Shown: positions 49,258 to 63,302 of the stretch, one piece after another | Layout: the number at the start of each line of letters is the position of its first letter | How positions within the stretch are numbered: position 1 is the first letter of the stretch | Assembly (NCBI GenBank): GCA_043228905.1 | Contig: JBHGNT010000015.1 | Span: 14,384,001 to 14,448,000, forward strand | From: Azolla caroliniana | Lineage: Eukaryota > Plantae > Polypodiophyta | Length of the DNA stretch: 64,000 nt | Direction: 5' to 3' | Notes under the pieces: generated by a model | Seen by the model: only the letters and a program-made list of their open reading frames with translations | What the model was told of the DNA's origin: nothing | Databases searched by the model: none | Position numbers and translations under genes: made by a program

Positions 49258-49818
49258 TGAAGTCGGTTTTGGGGCACTTAACCTCTACGGTAGGATCCTT
49301 TAATCCTCCCAAGTGGGAAGGGGCATTTACAAGGCTTCAAGTGTTGGTGGGGGTAAGGGGACATTTGTCTTGCAGACGATTGTTGGCCGTTGGCGGCCAA
49401 GTATGTAATGAGGAAGGGGCAAGCCAGTTTCCGGATATATAATAATATTATTAGTTATAGGAACGGATGGATCCTAACATATTTGTAGCTGGTTGCCGGT
49501 TAGGCACCGTTTTGTAACACAGAACCGGATGCCTATAAAAGGATCCAGGCATCGATGTATTTAGATGATGGAATATTAATATAAGGAAGTTTTGTTATTG
49601 TATATTGGGGATCTTTATGTTCCTATTCCGTTCTACGCTCAATGTATGGATCTTACGTGTGTAATTGATGTGTGTTGTTAATCCGGATACTGAATCAGAA
49701 GATAACCGGTTATGGTTGTTAGTGTTGAATCCCTTACCGTAACCACCCTTTGAAGAAGTGTTCTGAAGGGACACCTTGTGTTAGAGGCAAGTCTAGCCTA
49801 GGAGTAACAACGATTTCA
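49258..49818. mobile_element. Solo-LTR-like element
   Basis: TGAAGTCG...CGATTTCA inverted termini, internal TATAAAAGG and CCGGAT motifs; no clear TSD. Confidence 0.5.
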
Positions 49819-51022
49819 AGACTATAATGTGGAGGAAGATGGCATTATACTTAGATCAATGATACAACCAAAGATCTTGCAATATGCTACATTCTCTAAA
49901 ATAAGGGTCCTTGCTTATGATGGATCTAAGTGGATCATTGACCCACAAGTTGATGCAGTCAAGGAGCATTGGAAATTGAGAGTTTTTTAAAAGAAACCTT
50001 TGATAAGGTTAGAATGGGATACGGGAGAATTTTGGTGGAAAGATTTGTTTGACTGTGCAGGGAAAAGGTGTGGTTTTTTTCAGTACTCAATTAAGATTGG
50101 ATGGGACATTTTGGCAGCTCAACGTAGGACTACACCACTGACTAGTCAATTTTGGACCCATCAAGGGGTCACATCCAAATTCCTAGCAAAGTTTTGGAGG
50201 ACATTATGGAAAAGGAAGCAATATATGAAAATAAATGTCTTCCAATGGCTAGTAATACATAGAGCATTACCAGTCGGCCAGTGGCTGCAACAATCAGCTG
50301 GACCGAGTGCATGCATCTATTGTAGTTGCCAAGTGGAGACATTGAAACATTGCTTGTGGGAATGTCATGTTGCACAACAAGTTTGGAGATGAGTGTTTTG
50401 AATTTTGACCTTTATGTTTAGGAATGGCAGTTTTTCGTGGGGTATGATAGTATGGGCTACAGTGGTACAAATGATGTGACCATATGAGGCGTGTCCAAAT
50501 GATACGATTATTAGAATTCAAAGAGGAAGGATAACGGTGGTGCAACGAAGTGATATGAAAGCTCCTTATATGTTAAAGGCAATGCAAGAAGTATAGGAGC
50601 TGCTATGCACCACCACAATGTGGTTTATTTGGACTTCTAGGTGTTCTGAGGTGTTTGGTAATACTACTGTTCATCCAGTGGAAAGTGTACGGAATGTTTG
50701 GATGCAAAAGGTGCATACCTTGAAAGGGTTGTATGATGAAATTAAAGGTGAGACACATGTTGCAATGTTGCAACACCTCGAATTTATTGCCTATTGAAAG
50801 AATGCCCCTTTTCTCACGTTACAAAATGCAAGACCCAAATGGTGATTAGCACCACCAGCAAGTAATGGAGTGGTGGAGTATTGATATTATTTATCCTTTA
50901 GGGATGGGGACCTAAGGAAGAATGTAACATACCAATGGTAGCTTGACAATAGGTCAACATGCTTGTAATAACTGTTTATAACTAATGAAAGGATATTTTC
51001 CAGGAAATTAAAAATAAAAAAA
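49819..51022 (+). mobile_element. L1-type LINE 3' remnant (zf-RVT domain, A-rich tail)
   Basis: FWRTLWK...KINVFQWLVIHRALPV...CIYC...ETLKHCLWECHVAQQVW; A-rich run ~51010-51022. Confidence 0.75.
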
Positions 51023-52432
51023 TCCAATAAACAGCAAGCAAAACCTAAGAAAGAGCACTCAATGTAGTATGTATAGTGCTACTAAATCTAACATTCACTA
51101 TAAAATCTAACAAAATTAATGCAACACTAGATCGCTTTTTTGAGCTTATTTTTGTTTTCTCTAACCTCAATATCACAATTCGCAATAATAAAGTGAGCAT
51201 TAATATGTTGTAACTAATTAGAATTAATGAGAGTTAATCTTCCAATAACCAAAGTTAGTCTACAATAGTTATCTGATGTATGTGGATGATGGATCATTCT
51301 AGACCAACCATGACCAATTTTAATGAATGCACAATCTTATGTATTGGGATGGGAGAGAAGTTGATTGGTCACATTTTTTACAACTTAATGTAAGTTCCAC
51401 AACAAATGACACAAATTGTGAATATTTTGCCATAACATTAAAGAACAATTTCTCTTCTTCTTTTTCCTTGTTTTTTTGGTAAATTTTAGAAGTACACAAG
51501 AAGTCATCCATACCAATATATAATTACGAAAAATGAAAAATAAAGCCCAAAGTCCCGTGTTCCATGGAATTGACAAGATAAGGATCATCTGATTCAACTT
51601 TAACCAATAAATAAATGACTCAAAGTCAAAATTAAATGTTTCAGTATGATAATTGTGTAGTGTATCTAAGAATAGTACTGTATGATTTGACAATAAACAT
51701 AGAGCATTGCACATATTGTGTTTGTGCATGTAGAAATACATATTGTGACACATACACCAAGATGGCCTACTCAGATGGATGACCATTTACAAGCTCTACT
51801 TGTTTACTTGATACTTCACACATTAATGAAGACATTGTGAAGATCAATGTGGTCATACATAGAGCCATGGTGACCATAATACTAAACATAAAAATGATGC
51901 CAGCGATGTTATTCATGCTCTAATTGTAATGCTCACCCTAATCATTAGACAAATTACCATAAATAATTATTATTTCTTCTATGAATATTCTATCAGATTT
52001 ATTCACAAGGCATTGCAAAGTATAAAGTTCTAATTCAATCACTAATTGCATCATCATTGTGGCAAAGTTTGAGCTTAACAATATAGGTAACTCGTGTCCT
52101 CTTCTTCATTAGTTATTAATTCTTCCACATGTTAATAAGTTGTAATAGCTCCTTGGAAAGCATTTAACAAGCATTCACTTTAATGTCAAATTATAATGAC
52201 CAATGAGAATAATCACCTACTCTTGAAGAACGATGGCACTCACATTAAAATAAAAGAGATGTACCCTCAATAGAGATTGCAGATGAAATTTCTATTTTGC
52301 CGCTGGCACGAATACATAAAGATATTATATTCAAGTCAACTTTGCTAGGTAACTTTGTTAAGTCACGCAAGGGAAAGCATTTTCATAAAGATGGACAGAT
52401 GTGATCCATACATTTCAATGCCACACAAGAAA

Positions 52433-52941
52433 GTATTGATGACGATGATTAGAAGGTTTTGCATCCTCAATAGTAAATGCATTTCCAAATGGGTGGATAG
52501 GCATTGCGAAAGAAAATTGCTTCAACAATGCATACACATCAAGCTTCAATCATTTCCATGTATGCAAGGGCAGTCTAGAAGAATAATTATACATCAAGGT
52601 TAACTAGCAAAGTAAACTTTACCATACATGTACAGCGAGCTTCAATCATTTCCAAGAAGGTATTGATGAAGATGATTAGAAGGTTTTGCATCCTCAATAG
52701 CAAATGCATTTCCAAATGGGTGGATAGGCACTGCGAAAGAGAATTGCTTCAACAATGCACACATCAAGCTTCAATCATTTCCATGTATGCAATGGTACTC
52801 TTAGAAGAATAATTATACATCAAGGTTAACTAGCAAAGTTAACTTTACCATACATGTACAGTGAGCTTCAACCATTTCCAAGTACGATAGGGTACTCGAG
52901 AAGAATCATTATACATCAAGGTTAACTAGCAAAGTTGACTT
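52433..52941. repeat. ~227-bp tandem duplication plus a partial third copy
   Basis: GTATTGATGA.GATGATTAGAAGGTTTTGCATCC... at 52433 and 52660; sub-block repeated at ~52864-52941. Confidence 0.88.
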
Positions 52942-53479
52942 CAACAATCACTCCTAATTGAAAGTCAGTTAGACCACAATGCAAGAGACGGACAACTACT
53001 TAAGGCGTCTTTACCTTTGATGTCTGTACCAAACAGATTGTGATCATTATTGGATTTTTTTAATCTTCATAGAATTACATGTATACACACCTCTATCAGT
53101 AATATCAAAACCTTATAACAATAGTTTGGGTTTATCTTATCAAATGCAAGGGGATGCTTTTACAGCAATATGAGATCTGACACGTCTTCTGTTGTATATA
53201 ACATAACCCAGAAGCCCAATATCTTGCACTACATCCAAAATACGTCCCTACCATGCCACCCAAAGTTCAAGCTAAGATGTTGAAAAAATCAATTTAGTGG
53301 AGGGAACGCGATGTTCCTTTCAACAATTATACGAGAGCAGCAAGTACAAGAAAGTGTAAACAAACAATTAACAATTAACATAGTGATTATTAAAATCAGC
53401 TCCTTCAAACACTTTTAACACAGATGTAAAGAGTGATTTCTTGAGTTGGGACTTCCTTACATACAAATTTCGAAATTGT

Positions 53480-54460
53480 TCATGTGAGGCCAGGCAGCAT
53501 TCATGATGCCATTAAGACTTGTCTTTTGCAACCAACAGCATAGACTTAGTAGTACCTCAAGTCGAGTTTGGTTGAAATGGTTGGGAGTTCAATTCCTTTT
53601 TTAACATGATTTCCATGCTACCAACCTGTACGAAAACACCATGCTTGATGATAGTTTTGGAATTAGGGGCAAGACCCATTCATCTAAAAGCAATGATGAG
53701 AGCTGGCAAGTGAGTCACTAAGGTAAAGGACATGGAGACATCCTCTACAATCAGAATCTAGAACAAGTCCCCAATACGTCACATAAATGCTTGAGCCTTC
53801 ACCCTTTTGCAGTCTTGATCAAGCAAGATAACAGAAACATCTTTAGCATGAGCATGACCATGTGGAAGAAGAGAACCAGGCCCTCAAGGCATGGGTAAAC
53901 ATACTCGACATCCACTTTAATGCAGTGTAGACTCAATGTCAAGAACATAGAGGAGGTGACGAGAAGATTGTACACAAGCATGCAGAAAATAAAGGCAAGA
54001 AACAGATAACTTCATACAAGTAGAAAAATAAACCTCATAATGCACACACAGGAGGGATACAACCAACATCAAATGTTCTCTTCGCTGATGATGATGACAA
54101 AACATCTGATCTGCGTGAGGAGATCCTCCCTCTGATCTCCCTTGATAGTATCATGTGTGGAGTGAGTCACAAGGTCAAAACATCCCACTGATGAGCACAT
54201 CCTAACGGATGGGTCAAGCCATCATTTGTCCCGAAGAGACCCTGTCTCAAGTACTTACACCAATTTTGCCTCCCAAAAAGAACAACACAATCAATTGTGG
54301 AGGAGGAGATCGCCCCACATAAACACAAAGTTGAGAAACTCACGAAGAAGCACCAACCTAGGCAAACGGTAATTCTCAGTGAAGGTCAAGTAATCATTCA
54401 ACAGTTCTGATATCCCAGACCCTCAGCCACCTCTCCACATAATAGCAAACACCATAGGAT
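53480..54460 (-). mobile_element. Possible degenerate LINE ORF1 remnant
   Basis: More GC-rich than its flanks, with broken frames weakly resembling L1 ORF1 (YEVYF, V.HLPAL). Identity not secure. Confidence 0.3.
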
Positions 54461-54844
54461 TTACTGTTTGTGTTTGTTCTACTTTCTACTCTTCCTTGTA
54501 CCCCAACTTATGTCATGAAAGTAGCAGAGTGCTTTGAATGCTTATTTTGGTTCCATAGGCATGTTTTTGGTCTCCCCTGGGGGATGTTTTGGTCAAATGT
54601 CATGACCTTCAACTAAGACCTGATTTCAGCTGACAAATGCTAAGTTCTAACATATGGTAGCATCTTTTATAATGATTATTAGATTCTTGAGGAAGGAGAT
54701 TAACCTTATTTTAAGAATTAATAGTGCTGAACAAAAAATGTTGTTTTTCAATACAAACAGGAAACTCTTCCAGAATCGATCAACCCACAATAGACCTGAA
54801 TTGATCGCACCAGTCTGAATACCATAGCTGATCACATATACTAT

Positions 54845-57800
54845 TCAATGTCTCCATTTCTTTGCATGACCATACTCCATTTGTGGCTCAAGAAATCCTC
54901 GGAACTGTTTAACAAAGAAGAGAAACAAATTGAAGACAACTCTGGATGAGAGTAAATATATCTTAGATTTTGCTAGGCAGCAATTTAGCAAGCTCATAGC
55001 GAAAGTTCTGCTTTGGTCTACAGAGATTACATCACAATTATAACACAGTATCTACTAAGTCTACAGAGTTGCCAATCAGGCTAAAGAAACCTCCTCAGTA
55101 ATAGGTGAGGAATTGGCTACAACAGGCAAAACTCAAGATTGTGCCAAGTTATTGCTCATTGTACATTTTGACATTGACCTCGATTTAGGGAAATTCATTT
55201 AGAAAATGCTTATTTGTATTCAAAATTACCTATATCTGGTGGGTCGAACTGAGGCAACTAACCATACGAAAATTAAAATTTCGCATGTAATTAATACCTT
55301 AGGCAATAATTGCAATATGAGTTTTGTTAAATGCAGACTTGCTACTTTTTCTCTCGAATAAAAAAGTGTTCATGTTACTTTTCACTGTCTAATAAAAAGT
55401 GTTGATCCATTAATAAATATCACTAATTATGCTTTTAACTTGAAACTGAGAACATTGTAATTGAGAGAATCAGACACTCATTGTACAAACTGACTTCTTG
55501 TTAGAACGTGGACTTGGCAGTCATTAGGATTAAATATTATTCTATTAGTAGATGCTTCAATGTGAGATTGCACATAGCTTTGCCCTTCACAAAGACGACG
55601 ACTGACACCAATGAAGATCATTACAACAAATGAGGGATCAGGCAAATGTTGGATAGAGTGACTTCTCCAGATTCAAATAATAAATAAAAGAAAGAAGGTG
55701 AAGGAATAAACAAACAAATGAAGTCATATTACTATTACCAGAAGTCTACCAGATTTTGGAGGATTTGAGTAGAAAGATGTCTTGATCTAAGAACTAAAAC
55801 TAACCATGACAGCATTCCAACAACGAGATAATAGAATAAGACTTCAAAGCCAATTCATGATCTTGGCATTTTCAAGTTGTGTTACTATTACTTCAGAACT
55901 ATATCTAAGAAGCTAGAATACAGACTAAGATCATGATGAATACATTTCCACGTCGATCATGATGAATACATTTCCACATCGATCATGATGAATACATTTC
56001 CACATCGATCATGATGAATACATTTCCACATCGATTAGAAAGCTTCATGCCCCTTCATGACCTAGGGGTTTTATTTAGTAATATGGATCCATACTTTGAA
56101 CTTAATTGAAGAGAAATCAATTTCTTTGCCAGAAGATAAGAAGGAATAAAAAGGTCAATGAATAGAGCTCCAACACAGTGATCACAATCAGCGCTGTCAC
56201 AAACATAGTATTCTCACCGGGATCTCATACTTCCAGCAGCTAAACAGTAATTGCATTAATTAATGTAGCGACTCAAACAGGATCATAAAGAATAGAAGAA
56301 AGAATACCTTGGATCCATCTGCTGTCCACCGTGCTCCATAACCTTCTCTCACCCGAATTTCGAAGACATGTAAATCTGGAGGTACAAAATGGACATTCAA
56401 CCAGTATGCATTCTCCATTATCTGAGTAATGATATTCAGTGCTAGCATGTTTTTCACATCATCTGCATTCCGATACACAAGTACACACATAACTCTCAAA
56501 TGGACAAAAATACATATGATAGAAGAAACTCTTCAAACATCAATAATCAAACTAGAAGGACTGTAACATCATCTTAGAAGATGGATATCTCCAGAGTATC
56601 CTGTGGACACAATTTGCAGCAGGCGATCAGTATCTAGAATTTCTGACGCAAATTGACACAATTTGATTATCCAAGATTTCCAACACCATTTTCATGTGAG
56701 CTTATATTGATCAGTATACGCTTTTAATCTACATTATTACAATAATGTAATTGAAGATTTATTTAGCTGTTATTAAAGCTAAGGGAACGCTATTAGATTC
56801 AATCATAACACTCATTGAAATTCGATCAATATAATTGTTACATGGTGTAGCATGCACAAAACAGATCAGATGTTAGGGAAAGTTGTAGACTGTGTCTAGA
56901 ATTACTGATATATTTTGACAAAGACCATTTATGCAATTGGCAAGATTTTAGAATGAACTTGCATGCATCATTAATAAGATTCCAAATCTTGCTTATACCA
57001 GCAAATTTCAGGCAAGATTTGCAATTATTCTTAACCGCCTCTAATGCACCCAATTTAGAGAATATCCTTTTCAGTCATCAAGCATCATGTTGCACTATTA
57101 AAACCACATTGCCTACAGACCCTTGTCTCAAACCAACATCGTGTCAAACGCAAAATCATGGAGATTGCAAGTTAGTAGATGCAGGCATCATATTTGCCCT
57201 TGGCAAAGAAAAGTATAGCCTTTATGGTATCAGGCAAACAATACTTCTAGCATCAGATTCCAAGCTTTTGTTTCATCCATCTTTCAAATGAAACCAACTA
57301 AGTGCCTCACTTAAGTTGAGATTTTGCAATTTCAATGTGACAATGCGCATTGAGAAGAGATGATGCTTCAATCATAACACCAGATGATGATTTCACTTGA
57401 GATCAAGTTTTCTGAGTTAAGTATGTGCGTATATATTGATTCTATTGCTTAAAATGGAGGATTTGCATTCTAAGCATCACGCCCAAAAGAAATGATCATA
57501 CCACTTCCTGAGAAATGGCCCCACCAGCCAGATATGCTTCGATGGACATGCTTTGCCAAGGCCCTTGCACCAACTGTTAATTTACAGCCTGAAATCTTTA
57601 CAACAGAGTTTACTTCGAAACATAAAAACATTTCATATATCTTTAAATTCGGAACATGAATATTTACATGGGAACTTACATCTGTGCAGTTAAATGCTAA
57701 AAATGATCCCAATAGAGTAGCCCACCCAGGAGATAAGGCATCTTTGACACTTCCAACTGTGCACCGAAATCCCATCAAAGCCTTAATACCGTCTACGCCT

Positions 57801-60800
57801 AACACCTGATATCATAAAAACATTAATCAAGAACTAAATAAAATGATACATGAACTCATAAGCATGCAAAAATAAAGGTTATATGTTAACAGAACATGAT
57901 GAATGTAGGTATTGAAATTATCAACACTTTTCTTGAACCTCTAATATGTCCATTATTTCTATAGTTGCTCTGGCTGAAAGTTGCATTTGTCACAAGTTTT
58001 AAATTCGCCTTAAATCAAGATTTATAAGCGCAGAAAATGCGAAGTGGATTACTTCAAGTATATTCTTTATTATGTGAAGTGGTTGTCTGTCTGCATGCAA
58101 TGCTTGAATCCAGAAAACATGGTCAGGTTGAACAATCTGGAAATTATGAATATCCATCACGATGCCTGTTTCATATTTCATACAAAAAATGTTCCCAAGT
58201 TAAGGTTTGTTACAAACCAGCATAAGTTCCACCTCTAGAGATAATCAACAAGAATGCATATCTGAATGCTCCAAATGTTGTTAAAAAATCAATGCGACCA
58301 TCAGCATACCATTAATTGAATCTTCATTGTCCAGAATTGCTTCATACACCTTTCTTGATGTTTTGCAAGCATGCTCTTGTTTATTTAAAACCTGAGAACA
58401 ATTTGGCGAATGAGCTTCATAAAAAGCATCCTTCTGATGGAATCGGTCTTCATCCATTCATTCAACTTAAACTTGATGAACATAATCAGAAAAAATCCAA
58501 GCACATTGAGGACATAATCCATTCATTAGATTGAATTTCAACATATCAAGAAAAATATTAACAGCCAGACAAGCTTTTGTTTTGGTGAATACAAGGCCTC
58601 TAGAGGTTTCTAATGTACGCTACCTACCGTAACATCACCTCTAAGTTGGGAGAATCACCTAGAATTCTAAGGGGTCATCCATGAGTGCATGATGAACGGG
58701 AAGGCCCAATTCCTCACAGCTCACAAGTTCAATAATGAATTCTACAAGGCATTTCATGCGTATAGGAAAAAAAATTGAACCTGAATTTCATAAAGAAAAG
58801 TCTTATTGAGGAGAACGAAATCCCCTTCTAAGATTGCCCTGCAAAATAGTAAAATGATGTCTATAAATTAGCACCGCAGTTCCTGCACATCATTGGTATA
58901 TTCAATATTCTCTCAACCCAGTCATTACATAATTCAGACTATGACATTATGTGCCGATTTGAATCAAGTGCAACAGAAAAAAATGGGTAAATGAGCTGTT
59001 TCAGCATAGCAAGTTCTCATTTCTCACCAGTATAACTAAGACGCAGCATTTCAAATAGCATCCAATGAAAGCAATTGACTAAATTCTTCAAAAAGTGATT
59101 TCTGACAAACTAACACTAGCTCAACTTCTCACACAAACCTTCTGTTTTGAATTGCAATTGCAGGTTCATCTTCTGTCTTATACTTCAGAAAGACATGTAA
59201 TGCATCTTCAGTTTTTTCAAGATCTGTGCAAACTTCAAAAGCATGTTTCAGAAATTGCCAAACAACCCACTGTAAATCAATTTATCGCTCTTCTTTGGTG
59301 AATCATGAAACTCCACAGAAAAACATCACAGGAAAGCCGTATGAATCACCTCTCAATTCAGCCAAGAGCATTCTTTCGCCGTGAAGATCAAGCTTCACAT
59401 GTTGTATCAACTGGATGAAATAGTGTGCCCATGGTCATCATACATTCTGAGAGCAAAGATACCCTTCAAAGATGACAGCAATACCACTGATTACATATTG
59501 CTGATAGTAAAGAATGAATGCCTTAATTTACCTTCTGCAGCATAGCTAAGGATTCTATTGTCTTCTCTGTCCATATCTTTATTTTCTCCTCCAGAAAATG
59601 GTCATATGGTAAACCAGGTATGAGATCTACCTGCCTCGGAAAGACAGAATTGGCAACCATCTCCAACAAAGCATATGCCAGGTACTTAAAAAGAGGATGA
59701 ACAGGTACACCACATTTCACTGATAAAGGAGCTTCTAAGACATCAGAGAAACAGAATTATGATTACATTGATAAAAAACTGAGTATACTTCCAAATCACA
59801 TTTGAATTGCAAACTTGAACATAAAGAAACCTTTTTTAACAAAGAAACAGAACTTACATCTATTTAGCATGAAGCTTCCAATAGTGCCAAAGAAACAGCA
59901 ATTACATTATCCAACTTTCCATGTGCCTTGGAAACAGCATTTGCTTTTGATTTGAGGCTTCTGAGCAGCCAAACCAATGGCATTTTCTTTTCTTTTAGAC
60001 TTCTTCAGTGCTAAAGACATATCTCTAACATTGACTTTGACAGTGCCAAAGAAACAGTGCTTACTTTGCCCTCACGCTAATACAAATTGCTTCTATAGTG
60101 CCAAGGAAAGAACATTATTGCTCTGGCTACTACAGTGTGAGAGAAAAAAGCAATGGCTTTTAAAATGATGTGAATCCTCTACATGGTAAAGAAACGGCAT
60201 TTACTTTGCGCTGAGGCTTCTAATGAGACCAGAAAAACTGCATTTACTTTGATACATTGTGCTTTCACAACATCTATGGTGAAGCCTGGCTTTGGTTTGA
60301 AATTGAATACATGCATACACATGGAGCCTCTACAGAGCCCAAAAAATGCATTTACATTGATCTGAGGTTAGAAAATGGAAATTGCTTTGATAGGTAGCTG
60401 CTGGAAGGCTTAGGAAATATATTTGGCTTTGATACAAGAGCTTCAATGACACCTGAGAAATGTCTCTTACTTTAATTTGATATCAAATACATTTCCTTTC
60501 TGTCCTTCAGTACTTTGGATTAGAGATAGATCCTACAAAAGTTGATTAAAAATGATGCATGAGTGCTGTATTTTTTTTTAATTAGAGAACCCAAAATCTT
60601 CTCTGGCAGTGAGTTTTTGTCAAACTAGTGATTCAATTGGGGTTTACCAACCACTAGGAGTTCTATGGGCTGGTTTCATGATTCCATCAATGGGATTTCA
60701 TGACTTTTCCTGAAAAAGTGATGCTTGGTTAGTTGTGGGTGACCAAAACATAATCACAGCAAATGGCAACAAGGAAGGGCATCAAATCCCACCTATTTAT

Positions 60801-62997
60801 CATTAGTTGAACAATTCCTACAATGATATTGGGCATACATCAACAAGGAAGTATGTCAAAACTGTCGTTGAAGGTTGTAGGGTTAGGTATAGCAATGGAC
60901 TGTCATTGTCATGAACGTGCATTTTCTCTCAGTATTGAGGTACTGATTGTGCTTTGAAACGGGGAGGTTACTTGAAATGAAAAGGCAGGGAAGATTTGTT
61001 TCCAAAACTTAACATTCATTATTAATTTTTCAAGATAGCAGAAAATATTAGTGATGCAGTTTACCAGCTAAGGCTACAGAAATCTAGACTATTCATGATG
61101 CATTCCATGTGGAATCTCCTTAGGCCTATGTGGGACATGCTGATGATATGCCATTTCAGGAGCAATACAAATTCAAAAGATGGAATGAAATTCTTGTCCA
61201 CGAAAAAACTTTGGCAAATAAAGAAAGAAAAATGAAGGGTAAAATTACTACAGATTACTGGGCAATAATTAAGGAAATTTAGCAACCAATGCAAAGCGGA
61301 TGGAAAAGGCTGAATTAGGTGATTCCCTCAACTTTTACAACTTTACTTAGCAGCATTTTGATCAGAACCCAGCATGAGTTAAGTTTGACAAAGTTAAACT
61401 TCTAGAGCATAGTTTCACAGTCAAAGGACGAGTCATCTATTTGGTTTTCACACCAATTCAACGCTATAGGGATGGTGCTGCTTAACTTTGTTAAGCATAT
61501 ATCATAAACTTCTGTAATGTAAATACGTGTGGGTTCTCCATATTAGCCTCCATAATTCTTTTCCAGATACACATGCATATAGTTCAGCTCATACCAGAGA
61601 TAACTCATTAGATGAGACAAATAGTGCGAGACACTATCGTCCAATTTATCTGTTAGCATATATTGTAGACATGCAAACAAGCTTGCTTGCATTATTTTAC
61701 GTGGGAGATGTGTCAAGAGGAGTTATCTTCCATGCTCAGCAGAACTCTTGAAATTGGCCAAGGCCCCAACAGTCCCTAGACCTAACAATTGGCAACGCTT
61801 CGGTTTGAACCAAACCGAACCACGGTTTAATCGGTTCGGTTCGATTCGGTTCAGGTTCAGTTTTTTTTAAACAGTTCGGTTTCAACAGTCAGAAAACGCA
61901 CTTTAAACGGTTAAACGGTTTTTCTTTTCTTTTTTTTAAAATTTAAAAAAAACAGTTTACAAATTTTTAAAATTTTTTTTTAAATTTTTTTTCATTTTTA
62001 GACCTTATTCTCACATTTTAGGAACATCTTTAAATTTAAAATTTTAAAATTTGACCTAAGTTGAAAACCGAAACCTAACCACGAAATCGTGGTTTTATCA
62101 GTTTAATGGTTTAATGGCTTGAAAATTATTTAACGGTTTCGTGGTTCAGTTCGGTTTAGGTTTCAAACTTTTTAAACGGTTTGGTTTTGACCCTCTCAAA
62201 CCGAACCAAACCGTTGTCAATTGTTACCTAGACCAGAGGAGCCACATTTGACTAGCCCCGGAATTGGCATGTGGCCAACTCAATGGATACCAAGGTGTGG
62301 AGGTTTATGCAAATTCATACGAAAATGTATAAATTGGTTGAACTTAGGTTTTGGATTTTATCTCAAAATATCGTCTTCTATCAATGATGAATAAAGAAAT
62401 ACTGAGAAGAGAGCCAATCTTTTGGACCAACGAGGAGCTAAAATCCTAGTTCAAACACAATGTAGCTTCGTGGATATGAAATTAAGCCTTAATGAATAAG
62501 GACGTTTTTGTTCATTTACAGGGTTTTCTCCAGTGGTGCCTATTGCCTACAGTAAGTTCCATACACCAGACCGTTCTTCATCTAAGCATGGTAAGTAACG
62601 GCTTGTTTACATTAATCCAACGCATCTGCTGCACAACAAAAAGGAAACGCAGGTTTCATCTGCTCTAACGAGCACCATTTGCTGTTGATTGAGAGCCATT
62701 TCCTGTTGATTGATCCCGTGTCTTTTTTCTATCGCATAGTGTGTGGGTAGACGAATTGATTTCATAGAGAATAGAACACACGCACGCAGGCTAGGGTTTT
62801 TGGAACTCACCAGAAGAGCAGGCGAGAAGGCGACGAACGTGGGATTGGAGCTGAGCAGGGAGGGAAGGGTGGGGATCCACTTCCGGGAGCAGAAGAGAAG
62901 ATCGGAGGTGGGCAGGGAGGAAGTCGGAGAGGTCGGATTGTCGAAGAATCGTGTCTATCAGGGAGGCAAGAAGCTCCGGGAAAGGGAACGCAGACAT
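54845..62997 (-). CDS. ASCH/PUA-like domain-containing protein (plant 'RNA-binding ASCH domain protein' family), ~407 aa, 11 exons
   Basis: Phase-consistent GT-AG exons 62997-62811, 59734-59532, 59410-59350, 59223-59139, 58838-58781, 58391-58310, 58165-58053, 57805-57680, 57595-57502, 56462-56308, 54904-54845. Family-like motifs PLFKYLA, ILEGDFVLLNK, LTVGARALAKHVHRS..GWWG, WLNVHFVPP..VFEIRVREGYGARW..DGSKFRGFLEP...GHAKKWRH. Small middle exons are less certain. Confidence 0.82.
55929..56035. repeat. 26-bp intronic tandem repeat, 4 copies
   Basis: GATCATGATGAATACATTTCCACATC at 55929, 55955, 55981 and 56007. Confidence 0.95.
59870..60480. repeat. Diverged intronic minisatellite
   Basis: Recurrent AGTGCCAAAGAAACAGCATTTACTTTG-like units. 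Confidence 0.6.
61783..62226. mobile_element. Non-autonomous hAT-type DNA transposon (MITE) in intron 1
   Basis: TIR TAACAATTGGCAACG/CGTTGTCAATTGTTA; perfect 8-bp TSD CCTAGACC (61775-61782, 62227-62234); subterminal AAACCG/CGGTT repeats. Confidence 0.9.
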
Positions 62998-63051
62998 GGC
63001 CGCAAAAGCTCCTTCCTTCCATCTCTGTTTTGCCTTCCCCTTCGCCCCCTG

Positions 63052-63121
63052 AGAAGCTTCTAGAAGCTTCTAGAAGGTTCCAGGAGCCCCCTGGTTTTTC
63101 ATATCAAGAAGGTTCTAGAAG
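63052..63121. promoter_or_regulatory. Heat-shock elements upstream of the ASCH gene
   Basis: aGAAg cTTCt aGAAg cTTCt aGAAg gTTCc (6 units, 63052-63081) and aGAAg gTTCt aGAAg (63107-63121), 55-125 bp upstream of the ATG. Confidence 0.75.
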
Positions 63122-63302
63122 GTCCCGCAAAAAGATCGGGCACTCTTGGGGCCTCCTGAGATCAATCATCGGTCAAGAAGTTTTCTTTTGGATGCCCTAC
63201 TCTCGGCAAAAAATAATAAAAAAAACCCTCTCCCCATCTCTGCGCGTTCATTCATTAGTGGGGCGACATACCTGTGATCATGCATGGAAGTGTGGAGGCA
63301 TG

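Noticed and set aside
51400-52430. Possible Helitron or other TE coding remnant on the minus strand
   Set aside because: Only vague, stop-ridden resemblance; cannot be supported without a profile search.
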